A stretch of DNA of 64,000 bases, from assembly GCF_006345805.1 (NCBI RefSeq), contig NC_042999.1:90706001-90770000 (forward strand), written 5' to 3'. Every line of letters begins with the position of its first letter. The stretch's first letter is position 1. This DNA comes from Octopus sinensis. Its lineage: Eukaryota. Positions 1 to 11,416 of this stretch are shown here, piece by piece. The notes beneath the pieces were generated by a model, which was not told where the DNA came from, did not search any database, and worked only from the letters and a program-made list of their open reading frames with translations. Position numbers and translations under genes: made by a program.

Positions 1-160
1 AAATGTCCATTTGCTTGGTTTTGTGTTTATGTTTTCGTTTCTCATTGTGCTCGACGTTTTTTTGGTGTCCTGTACCCATATATGCATGTATATATACATG
101 TAGAGGTAGGTACGTACATATATGTATGTATATATGCATATGTTTTATTTATTTATTAAT

Positions 161-162
<2 letters not shown>

Positions 163-222
<60 letters not shown>
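163..222. repeat. (TA)n microsatellite
   Basis: Pure TA dinucleotide run; source of the IYIY ORFs. Confidence 0.98.
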
Positions 223-229
<7 letters not shown>

Positions 230-829
230 ATTTGACATGGGCGATTCTTCTTGTCACGGTCAAACGGCTAGGTGAAACTGCGCGAAAAATTACACAGATG
301 TGTAGAATGATTCGATGGTGATGCTGGGCTTTGTATTTTTTCATAGCTCCCATGGTTACAGAGATAATCTACTATAATAATACTCTTATGTTTATGAAAG
401 AAAAAGGAAGGGGTGATAGATGAATAAGGAAGGAAGGGGTGATGTCATGCTTGGCTGTGGGATGATGAAAACTGTACACTGAAAACATAAATCAAACAGC
501 GTTTCAACTCTGTGAATATATATGTGTGTATGTAAATGGGAGGTGATTATGTGAATGTGTGCGTGTGTGTGTGCTTGTGCGCGGGCAATGGAAGTGGGAT
601 GGTTCATCTTTGTTCGCTTAGTGTTTGGGTTTATTTTTTGATTTGGTTCAATCTTGTTATTTTTGGTTGGTCAGTTATTTTTAGCGTATTGACAGAAAAA
701 AGTCATTCTAAGATTGTTTTTTAACGTAAGCGTGCCCAAACAAGCCGAATGCTTACACAGAGCAGGTTTTACAGCCATACCATCCAAACCGACTGGGTGA
801 AACCGGGCTTAGCTGCTAGTTGAAGAGGA

Positions 830-977
830 CCCCATCGGTTGCACCTAGTAAGTTACCCACCGAGGCACAAGTCCGGGCAAGGTTGTTTATAGAAGGCCAG
901 CAGTCGCCCATGCATACCAGCCTCCCCTCTCCACACCACTGATATTATCCAAGGGAAAGGCAAAGACCGATACAGCT
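830..977 (-). mobile_element. Partial SINE-like dispersed repeat (3' part)
   Basis: GC-rich island (cagcagtcgcccatgcataccagcctcccctctccac...ccaagggaaaggcaaagaccgatacagct) that I recall as a high-copy octopus repeat. Only one copy here, so it cannot be verified internally. Confidence 0.4.
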
Positions 978-1559
978 AAAGTTCAGTAGCATCATTGGCC
1001 TTGACGGGCCGAGCCACCGTAGCTTAGAAAAGTTAACCCACTCCTGCATACAGACAGTCAGAGGCTTCAAGTATTGTCTTAAAGTCGTTGTCGCAAGACG
1101 ACCGGAAAGTTATGGAAACTAGATATAAATGACCACCTAGCGGAGTGCATATGAGAATGAAGGGGTTAAAATGCCTGCCCAACTGAAAGATTACAAAATC
1201 CGGTCGCCCGCCCGCCCGCGTGTCATCAGGGTCATGTTTATTTGAAAATACGAAGTGAATCGATTGTGGAACAAAAAACTGAAAAAAGAAACCCCACGAA
1301 ACAAACAAATAAACAATAAATAAAAATAAAGCAAAATCTAGTTTGGTTGGGAGAAAATAAAAGGACGCTTCCACAAATTGCTCAAGCATAGATTATTACT
1401 AACAGCAACAGCCTCAACACAGCAAACAATAAAAAGCGTTCATGAAGAAAAATATGGGGATTTGGTCATGTTACCAATGTTCGTAATACCTTATGAAGGG
1501 TTAAAAAAATGATGAGATTATGTATATACATTTTATCTGGTTTTATTGTCTTCGTTTTT

Positions 1560-2000
1560 GATTACAACAATGACAGGATTTAAGAGTGACTATTTGAACT
1601 CGTGGTCTGGAGAGTTTCTGAAAATAATATCATCTTAATCGGGATGTGCTAGAATTTCCAGCACGAAGTTTCTCGTGGCCGACTACGAGATCTACATATT
1701 TTTATTGTTGGCCAGGTCGTGTGAAATGGTTGTGTTCTTTTGGAAACGTCATCTTATCGTGGTAAAATTCATCTTTACGAATCCGGATGATATGCTTGTG
1801 TGTCTAGATATGAGTTGATGTGATAGAGATGTTTTGAGATTGGTGTTTCGACGAGAGCAAAATGACTGAATTTCTTCAGACATGGAGATCTTCCTGGGTA
1901 CTACACAGTCATTACAATTTGTGTCATCCAGTTCGTAATTATATACGGTTTAGGGTAGTTTGTTAGATCACTGGATATCTACGGCTTAAGTTGTTCACGT
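1560..2000 (-). mobile_element. Possible highly decayed Penelope-like GIY-YIG C-terminal fragment
   Basis: Minus-strand translation VYNYELDDTNCNDC...SRRNTNLK...FQKNTTI loosely follows the PLE endonuclease layout; several stops. Confidence 0.3.
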
Positions 2001-2089
2001 CTTCAGTTGGTTGGCCAACAAGAACTTTATACACAATCTCAGTCTATGAGACACACAACATGTACGAAAATAACTAAAAGCAATTCAAA

Positions 2090-2203
2090 ACACATACATA
2101 CACACACACGCACGTACACATACATACATACACACACACGCACGTACACATACATACATACACACACACGCACGTACACATACATACATACACACACACG
2201 CAC
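2090..2203. repeat. 30-bp compound microsatellite tandem (ACACATACATACATACACACACACGCACGT, about 3.5 copies)
   Basis: Directly visible tandem; THTHTRTYTYIH repeats in ORF 2007..2459. Confidence 0.9.
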
Positions 2204-2204
2204 A

Positions 2205-3580
2205 ACTAAAACGAATCAACTTAAAGTAAAATCAACTTTATTTAAAAGCAAATTGTCAGGTAAAAGTTACACAACCTCTAAAACACGAGATGAAAGCAAA
2301 AACATTAATAGAATGGTAAGTGTTCTTTGGTCTAATGAACAACAATTTGACATTATTAGATTACTATTATACATGGAGACTATGTCCAACACATATTCGC
2401 ATTATACAAGCGATATACGAGCTGTGGACGAAAAAATGAAAAACGTAAGAAAAATATAATGTAATCTAAACAGAAACTCTCCCAAACAAGATCTCCCCAA
2501 AAGAAACAGAACAATTCATAGACAGAAAACACAGAAAAGAAAGCATCTGCTAGCTCATAAAAAGATAATATATCGCAAGTCAATGACTATTACAATAGAT
2601 TCCATCATAAAAAAAGCATATAGCTTCGCAAAAAGAAAAGCACAACACAAAAGCATGCTCAAGTACAATACTGAAACCTCAAATTACATGAAATTTCTAC
2701 AAGACCCATTTCACAAGAAATAAAAATGTGGTATACAATCAAAAACAGACGTAAAGAAAAAAGCGCTAAAAACCAAAATGAAAAAAAGTTACAGAAATCT
2801 CTACGTTAACATTCAACTACATAAACCACCACAACGAAAGTATATCTTCTATCCTTTACTTAAGAATAAAAACATCATAAATATACATTGCAATAGATCA
2901 ACTAGAATTAACTTTGAGGAGGTTCTAACAGAAACAGTTAAGAAAATAGAAAAGTGTATGACAAACTCGTTGAATACGGATCAATGGAAGCCTTTAGTTG
3001 AGTTACACATGAACAAGCAAATCTACGAAAAAATTTATAAATGTAACATGCACTGGCAGCAAATTCTGTTCATAGAAATAAAGTATTCGAATGTCGACAA
3101 ATTGAATAAATTACTATAAGTGGTTGAATCCAGGGAGATAGGAATGATGTTAATAGAGTCAAACACACTTTTGCCAAACTTAAACGAAATAAAATACAGT
3201 GAAAGAAAACTACATATGACTTCAAAAAACCCCAAAAGAAAAAAAAAAACCCAAAAGCGTTAAAACCTACCCTAGTAAAACAGAAATGGAATATCCAAAA
3301 TGAAAAGGCAAAGTAACCAAAATAATAAAAAAATATAACTATCTAATAATATGAGAATGGCGTAAGTGAATCATGTTACCATTAACAAGCAGGATAAAAC
3401 GCATTGAGAACCAAACCATGCTTCTTTTGTTATATATTTTAAATCAAATATCAAAAGATTTTGCAAAGCAAAAAAAAAAAAAAAATTGAATTGGAGGAAA
3501 CTCCAATGCCACCAGCGATGGAAGTTTTGTTAAACTGGGATGGAAGTGGGAAAAAATATTCAGCAATAAATGCAACACGT
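2205..3580 (+). mobile_element. Decayed N-terminal (pre-RT) region of an R4/Dong-clade non-LTR retrotransposon
   Basis: Strongly A-rich sense strand. Fragments WSNEQQFDIIRLLLY, IIQAIYELWTKK and FKSNIKRFCK...ETPMPPAMEVLLNW parallel the pre-RT region of the 19.7-kb element (FKNNPKNFYRK...VPSKEVQGFWNKIW). Confidence 0.55.
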
Positions 3581-4317
3581 CTACCGCATGTAAATTACAT
3601 TAGCTAAACAAAACAAAACAAAACAAAAAAAAACCCCAAAAACAAAAAAAAAAATCAAGACAAAATAACCACTTGTGTTAGAAATGAACCCTGAAAACAA
3701 TGACAATGTTGCAGCAGAGCATATATCACAGGAAAATAAAGAGGAAGCACAGTAGGAAAAAAAAGTATATAAAGAAGAAATCCCCCAAACGATGATAAAG
3801 AACACACAAATTCTCAAAAATAAACTCAACAAAATACGTAACAATGACCGAAGTAAACACAGACAGACACACGCACGCAGGCACACACACACACAAACAC
3901 ACACACACGTATATACACACACACTATGGCAGGTTAATCAGTCGACCATAAATACAATGGAAGCAATCATAGCAAAATAAGAAAACATGAATCAACAGAG
4001 ACACCTGCCTGGCTATGAATAAGCAAATATTTCCATGAAATAATACTTCAGAAAAGTCTTTGCACAGTAACAAGTCAAATATAAGCTGAATGAGCAAATC
4101 TATTCAGTCGCCGTTGTAGCCACCAGGAAAATAAAATTCCATCTTTATAGAGGAAGACCCTCTTCAGTCAAGATTAAGAAAAAAAGCAAAAGAACGTAAA
4201 AGAAAATATGCTACATTAAACTGAACTACTCTCCAAAAAGCGAAAAAAACAACCGGAAAATCTATATTTATTAATTAGCGGAATATAAAATAGAGAAAAA
4301 TCAACCAAATATTAATA

Positions 4318-4319
<2 letters not shown>

Positions 4320-4361
<42 letters not shown>

Positions 4362-4375
4362 GCACACGCACACGC

Positions 4376-4410
<35 letters not shown>
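4320..4410. repeat. (CA)n microsatellite with CACG interruptions
   Basis: Visible run. Confidence 0.97.
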
Positions 4411-4412
<2 letters not shown>

Positions 4413-5294
4413 GTAAAAGAGATAATGAAACGGCAATTGACGTAATTCACCGTGAATGCTTTTTTTCCAAATAGATATCTGATGAAGCTGAACCATTGTT
4501 CAGGAATTGACATTTGATAAATTTAACGACCCGTATCTTGCCACTCTTCAAATATGTCACTGAATATGATATTTTTTTTAGTGCAGCTGGATAAACAATG
4601 ATAATTGTAATTTAACCAGTCCGTAGCTCTGAATGTACTATTCTTTTATTTATTACTAATAAAGCATCTGTATTCCAAAAATATTAATTTAGTGTAGCGC
4701 ACATATTGTCGAATTTGTTGGTATGCATTGTTTTCAGATTAAATAATGTGTAATATAAGATACCTTTCGGTGTACCCGCGGAAACCCACGACCCATTTTT
4801 GTGCACTAGTGTCGGCTATAAAAATCTCCCCTGTTACTAATAATATCCTACCATTTCGTTCAAAATTTTTCGATGAATTTTATTGCCGCTCACTTAAAAG
4901 TTCTGCATTGGTATAGTATATACTATGATTTCACCTGTGATATTTATATGTTTTATCTGAAAATCATTTATGTATATTGTTCTGTGTATATTTAGAAATT
5001 GTTATGTTCATGCATAAACGCACTCGTATTGCTTGGTTATATTCATGCTTAAAATCAGTTTTGTTGTTTTTGGAAAAAAATCCATTTGAACGCATGATCA
5101 CTTTATTACAGGAAAATCATTGAAAAAATTAATTTCGTGTTATGACATGATTTCCAGCAATGCATTAGATCTGTAACTCGTGATATTCTTGTATATACCA
5201 TTTCATTTATGACGTTTACAGAAGTCATAATATTTTAAATCAAAGATTTTCTCGACAAAAATTTTTGATTTGAAATAAAAAAAATCAAAAAAGA

Positions 5295-5445
5295 AATATG
5301 AAATTCCATTTCCTGTTCTGTGTTTAAGCGGTGGAGTCTACAAAACTATGGTTCCTACTTACAAGTATGTGGACTGGATCTTTGAGGATAAATGTCTCTC
5401 GCTCTTGTGAGAAAGTATGTATCGCCAGGCCGTCGGCTAGCTTAA
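5295..5445 (+). mobile_element. Possible Helitron helicase C-terminal fossil
   Basis: Frameshifted IPFPVLCLS...QNYGSYLQVCGLDL...KYVS resembles the Helitron PIF1-type motif QFPVRLAFAMTINKAQGQSLxVCGLDL...QLYVA. Confidence 0.4.
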
Positions 5446-6043
5446 AAACCCAATCCACATATTTGAAGACAATAATAACTTACATAACCCAATTTTGAAT
5501 ACCATTACTGATTATAAATATGTAATTCACAACATCTAGAAAATATAGACATGTTCACTTTATGTAATTCATTTGTGTTGGAAAAGTTACCTGTAATGAG
5601 GTATATTCATGATGGTGCAATATAACTCATGTTTTTTGTAAGACCACAAGTTTTTAAGGAAAACTCAGTGTATATGACTTAATTATTTGCAGTATTTGTT
5701 CTATTATGATCCAGAGTTACATTGCTCATAGTTCAGATTTACAGTTCATGCTCCAAGAATCGAAAGCAAATTAAATTTATTGGTTAAGCTATCCCAAAAT
5801 ATAACATTTATTTCTTGTTATAGGCAAAAATGAAAAAAAACTAAATAAAACAAAACATTTGTAATTTGTAAATATTACTGTTGTAAATCCAACATGCTTA
5901 CTGCTCTCATAGATTGTAGAAACAGGAGCGTGTATGCATGGTATGTGATGTATCAACAAGTAAAATGATGCTTAAATGTGGTGGACATTGTATCTGGAGG
6001 AGCATAATTGTGTTATTCCCACATAACTAATGCCACAAATTCT

Positions 6044-6195
<152 letters not shown>

Positions 6196-6855
6196 GGTTC
6201 ACAGTAAATATATGACTCTAAATCAAGAAAATTGCCGGAATGAGCGATGGTTAAAGGATTCAATTAAAATATTATAAAGAATAAAAGTAAAAATAAAATA
6301 AAAAAAAGAACCGAAACACTCACAGTATTTGTTGCGATTTTTTTGTATTTTAGAGTATAAGAATATTCGACGTAGTTTTTTTATAGTGTATGCTATAACA
6401 TATTTTATTGATATAAGTGTTCACACCGAATCTCTTACATATTCACTTATACTAGGCACAATTATAAGTTTTTATACCAAACACTTCTTGGTATGTGTAT
6501 ATTTATATGTTCTAGCAGTTTCCGTGGAAACTTCACGGTAGATACGAATGTTTTTCAGTTGATTGGAAGCTTATAAAGAACTATAAAAATTAGTGTTCCT
6601 TTTTGAAATTATATAGTCTGTATTATTTTCATTTAAAATCTGTTTCCAGTTCTTTTGGTTTAGATTGTAATTGTGGGAGCATGATTTTGCCATTCTCTCA
6701 GCAGTTTAGAGGTTCATTTATAAATCTAAGAGCTTCACAGTCATTACAGAGTATATTCATGTTACCAATTTGTAACTTTCAACCATATGTTTTCAGTTGT
6801 TTTTGATGTTGCAGTTCTATATTTAAGAGATGAGGTATTAAGTATATTATTTACG

Positions 6856-7115
6856 TTATTTACAATTGACGGATATTTCTCCTCATCTTGTTTGTTGTTA
6901 ACACAACGTTTCGGCTGTTATACCCTCCAGTCTTCGTCAGGTGTCTTGGGGGAAATTTCGAACCTGGGTTCTCCTTCCTAAGGTATTATTCGATGTTGTT
7001 GTTGTTGTTGCTGTTGTTGTTTTTATTATTATTATAATTATTATTATTCAGGTCACTGCCTAGAATCGAACTCAGAATCTTGGGGTTAGTAACAACTATG
7101 CCATATGCCCGTGGG
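6856..7115 (-). mobile_element. tRNA-headed hammerhead-bearing mini-element, left (inverted) copy
   Basis: Minus strand reads A-box-like GGCATAGTTGTT, TACTAACCCC, B-box GAGTTCGATTCT, an (AAT)/(AAC) spacer, then a hammerhead core; reverse complement of 7117-7811. Confidence 0.8.
6900..6945 (-). ncRNA. Minimal type I hammerhead ribozyme (copy 1)
   Basis: GACAC-CUGACGA-A-GACUG(GAGGGUAUAA)CAGCC-GAAAC-GUU-GUGUU: core intact, helix I GACAC/GUGUU, one A-C mismatch in helix II. Confidence 0.7.
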
Positions 7116-7167
7116 CAAGAGCGCGGGCTACTAACCCTAAGATTCCGAGTTCGATTCCAGGCAATGG

Positions 7168-7235
<68 letters not shown>

Positions 7236-7237
<2 letters not shown>

Positions 7238-7615
7238 GATCAGTAAATATAAATACTTGCTAATAGAAATTGATAAAATGTAGCATCTCTAGGCGACTAC
7301 AATACCAGTGATTGTAGGATCTCTAGGAATGATAAAAAAAAGGTACTGAAACCTATTTGAAAATGATACCAGGGTTATCATCCCTACAATAAGTTCAAAA
7401 AATAGTGTTAACTGTAACGACTCATGTACTAAGAAGAGCATTATCGCTGTGAAAACAACATCCATTCATGAATTTATTTATTTATTAATTTTTTAAATAC
7501 TTAATTTACCTGTAAATTTGTGTGTGTAATCTGGGAATGCATACAATGAGCTTCTCTGCCCTAGGTGTACGGAAATCACTCGGCGAGAAACAAGAAAATT
7601 TGAAGAAAGAAGGAA
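7236..7615 (+). mobile_element. 3' fragment of an R4/Dong-clade LINE (RLE C-terminus plus 3'UTR) inside an (AAT)n tract
   Basis: KISKYKYLLIEIDKM...TIPVIVGSLGMIKK...VQKIVL...THVLRRALSL* matches the C-terminus of ORF 21927..22739; (AAT)n on both sides. Confidence 0.85.
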
Positions 7616-7677
<62 letters not shown>

Positions 7678-7732
7678 CAACATCATCAAAAAATACCTTA
7701 GGAATGAGAACCCAGGTTCGAAATTTCCCCAA

Positions 7733-7778
7733 GACACCTGATGAGGGCTGGAGGGTATATCAGCCGAAACGTTGTGTT
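7733..7778 (+). ncRNA. Minimal type I hammerhead ribozyme (copy 2)
   Basis: GACAC-CUGAUGA-G-GGCUG(GAGGGUAUAU)CAGCC-GAAAC-GUU-GUGUU: all invariant core bases, perfect 5-bp helix II, palindromic AACGUU helix III; predicted cleavage after 7773. Confidence 0.8.
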
Positions 7779-8559
7779 AACAAGAAACAAGATGAGGACA
7801 AATATCCGTCAGTTTTTGATGTTCTCTTCCATTTTAATTTTCTGTTTTATCTTGAACGCGTTCTCTTACCTGTTGTAAAAATTCACTGTATTGTCTTTGG
7901 TTCATACTTATTTTTCTATACTGCCATCGATGTCTTTATCAATGTGGATAGATAGATAAATCGATTGACAAGAAAATTGAATATTAAAATTTTCTTTCTG
8001 TCACAATAATAAATAATGCTTAAGATTTCCCTCGACTAAATACTTTATATTCTCTCTCTCTCTTTTCTAACCACGTCGTTCCTCTCCTCACGTCGTTATC
8101 CTTTCTCTCTTTTTTTATTCACCTTTCACTTCCACTAATCACGTGACAGCTTAATGCATCGACTGGCATATCGTTACTACTCTCACTTTATCTGTTTATT
8201 ACTTACTCTTAATATAACTGCCCTCCCTTCTCTATCTTCATTTCTTTAACCTCGCCACCGATCATCACCCCTCTGCTAAACATTGTATTTCAAACTCTAT
8301 TCCGCTATATTTCTCCCTTCAAGTAACTTTTTGTCCACGTAATAACAGTTACTCTCCCACTACCTCAAGTTGTTAACACTTCTCTCTCCCTCTTTATCTC
8401 TCATCTTTTTCCCCTCCCTTCAACTACGTGTTAGTGTAACGTATTCGGCGTTAAAGTATTAATATATAGATTCACTCGAAACACTTTATGGTGTTTTAGA
8501 ATACTTTTGTGCATAATTCATTGTTCAGAGTAATTTTCGCTCACATTGTGAGAAGTTTC

Positions 8560-9060
8560 GTGTGAGCACTTATAACTAAGCCACCTATAAACTACAAATA
8601 TGTGCGGTATGTATTTATATCAGGTACATTCTATAGCTCACTGTTCAATATAATATATTGATCTTAAACGTCTAGTCATTTCTGTGACAACCCTGAATAA
8701 CATCTAAACTTATTTCACTAAAATTGATCTGAAACAACCTTCCTATCTCATCTTTATAATATATTCCTACAAAATGCCATTCTCCGTTGACAAAAAGTTA
8801 ATATGGAATATATACCAAACTAATAGTTTTCTAACAACTTAATGATTTCATTGTTGAAAATTTTCAACAGAGAAAAGTTTTGTAAATTAATCTAACCAAA
8901 ATTGTTATACGTAGTTCAGTATGAGAACTTGTAACTCAGAAGCATATAAACGATGAATCTGTGCTGTGGTTTTATCAGGTAAATTCTATAGCTAACTGTT
9001 CGATAAAATATATTGATCTCAAATGGCGAGTAGATTTTCTAGTAACCTTGCATAACCTAT
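8560..9060 (+). repeat. Degenerate direct repeat of about 150 bp (copies near 8560-8705 and 8915-9060)
   Basis: tttatatcaggtacattctatagctcactgttcaatataatatattgatct versus ttttatcaggtaaattctatagctaactgttcgataaaatatattgatct. Confidence 0.75.
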
Positions 9061-9479
9061 TACTGGATGTCACCGTTGACTATGAAAATATATCTTAAGA
9101 CATCCAGAAAATGCGAATATGTTCACATGATTTATGTCATTTGTATGTGATAAGTGACCTATGAGGTATTTTTTTATAAGACCCCATTCATGGCATATGC
9201 CAGCCACATTTTAAAAGTAACACATATTTCATATTTTACATTACAAAGATTTAAGGAAAACTCAGAGCTTTTGAATGATGAAAACTAATAAAACATATTT
9301 AACATAAACAGCTATGCAAATAAACGAATGAACACACGTTCCTACATTCATACGTAAAAAAATAAATACAGCAACAAAGTAAGTACATAAAATTGAAGTG
9401 AGTGATATCCTAAGGGTCAGTAGAGAGTTCTTCAAGAAAAATTCACTTTCTGATGACTTTCCATGTGAATTTAAAAGAG

Positions 9480-10352
9480 CAGGATTAGCATACTTAGTAA
9501 AGACTTGGAAGAGAAAAACTGCACACCACAAAATAAGTTGTGCATCGGTATGCTTTATGTGAATTTCAGGAGGATGACAGCATTAACATGAATGTAGCCT
9601 CTCTTGAACTCTTCCCCAACCGGAAGATTATGTTTTGCAATCGAAGCGCAGAAGTTAACTACGAAATATTAAATGGAAAATAGGCGTAGTGAAGTCTTTA
9701 AACTTCTATGTGGAGGACATAGCACACGTAATCAGCCGCTGCTCGAAAATGCCATCGAGTCACTACCTACCACTGCGACATTTTATTTTTACTAAAACAA
9801 TATTCAGTGCTATCTATAAAAAAATAAAAGAGATAGTCCTGAGATTAATATTAACAACACCATTGCTATTGTATACATGCTTATTACAAGGAACGTTGAT
9901 CGAAAATTCCTATCAAAACATCTACCAAGTACATACATAACAGGCCTAATATGTTATGCATAGTTATAAGGGTTAATTGTTTTATATATGCGAACACCAC
10001 CTTCAAAATCAGCGAAGAGAATATGCTTTCATATCTGCAGTTCCTCCTCCTTGATTATCAATACACATTTATGCCAGTAAACTATTGTTGCACTTGCTTA
10101 TATTAGTAAATATCTGAATGACAATCTGGAAAAACTAGAGCTTTCGAGCCAAGAATGAGACCGACCAATAAGTACTTTATAGATACAATCTGCAATCAGA
10201 AGAGTGAAAATTCACAAGACTTGCTTAGAGCTGAATATGTAACAATTATCGTTGTGATTATACACAGTCCGCTGATGGAGACCTTATTTCTTTGTTAGAA
10301 AATAATTTCCTCTTTCTGGGAAGAATTCTAATAAAAAAATTGAAGTAAAAAG
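9480..10352 (+). mobile_element. R4/Dong-clade LINE 3' fragment, (CATA)n family copy A
   Basis: CFAIEAQ...VEDIAHVISRCSKMPSSHYLPLRH (zinc knuckle), LQFLLLDYQYTFMP; family 3'UTR motif; followed by (CATA)n. Confidence 0.75.
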
Positions 10353-10487
10353 CATACATACACATACATAATACATACATGCAAACATACGTGCATACAT
10401 ACATACATACATACATACATACATACATACATACATACATACATACATACATACATACATACATACATACATACATGCATGCATATA
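10353..10487. repeat. (CATA)n microsatellite
   Basis: Visible run directly after copy A. Confidence 0.97.
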
Positions 10488-11304
10488 CAATTGCAATAGA
10501 ATGAATGAGACCGAGACTCATTTTTAACAATCAATTGCTAACAAGTAAAGAATTAAAATTCATTGTTATATTCTGAGAATTGTTAAATAGGAGCTTTGTT
10601 AGCTTTAGTCAAAGTTGGAGATAAAGAAATGAATATAAATAATGGACTATTCAATCTTTTACTCTGCTTTGTATATCTATGTGCATCTCTCTCTCTTTAT
10701 ATGCATGCACACATACACACGCACACACATACACACACATATGTGTGTGTGTGTGTGCATTAGTATATGCGCGTATGTATGTATGAATGCACGTGTGTGT
10801 ACGTCCACACACACAAAACACGTATCGTAGTTTTCTATTTCCATTTCATATCCCGCAATACTTTAGATGGCTCAGAAGTATTACACTTTATAGAATGTAA
10901 TGCTTTTACATTCATAACATTTATGAGCACACATAAAAACTCATACGTGCACACACACATACTCAGATACGCGAAAACACAAATGCATGCACACAGTGCA
11001 CACGTGTACGTACATATTCGTACACATGTCTATGTACGAGTAGCGCATTGGATAAATCGGTAAAGAGTCGGAAAAACACATAGTGTTGTATGAGTACGTT
11101 CTTTTACGTTCTGAATTGAATTCCTAGAATCGATCTAAGAAGTGCCAGTCAAATACTTGTGTCAATATAACCCACAATATGCTTTCGAAACTAGCGTCCT
11201 AGGAGTACCATATTCCAATAACCTAAATTAGTAAACTAATATATTTAGCATAAACAGATATACACATAGATGAATGAACTCGTAGGCTTATTACACGAAT
11301 ACAT

Positions 11305-11416
11305 TCATACATACTTACATACATACATACATACATACACACATACATACATACATACATACATACATACATACATACATACATACATACATACATACAT
11401 ACATACATACATACAT
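11305..11416. repeat. (CATA)n microsatellite
   Basis: Visible run directly before copy B. Confidence 0.97.

Larger units (their letters stand above)
7117..7811 (+). mobile_element. tRNA-headed hammerhead-bearing mini-element, right copy (interrupted by an R4 fragment)
   Basis: AAGAGCGCGGGCTACTAACCC (similar to the tRNA-Ser(GCT) anticodon arm GGACTGCTAATCC), B-box GAGTTCGATTCC at 7147-7158, (AAT)n at 7172-7235 and 7616-7673, hammerhead at 7733-7778. Confidence 0.8.

Noticed and set aside
1033-1504. TTAACCC...GGGTTAA ends suggesting a piggyBac-type MITE
   Set aside because: Complementarity does not extend convincingly beyond about 7 bp, and there are two alternative right ends (1169 and 1504).
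1845-1881. Minus-strand CUGAAGA...GAAAC hammerhead-like spacing
   Set aside because: The intervening sequence cannot form helix II.
7117-7170. Functional tRNA gene
   Set aside because: No acceptor stem or complete cloverleaf; it is a SINE-type tRNA-derived head.
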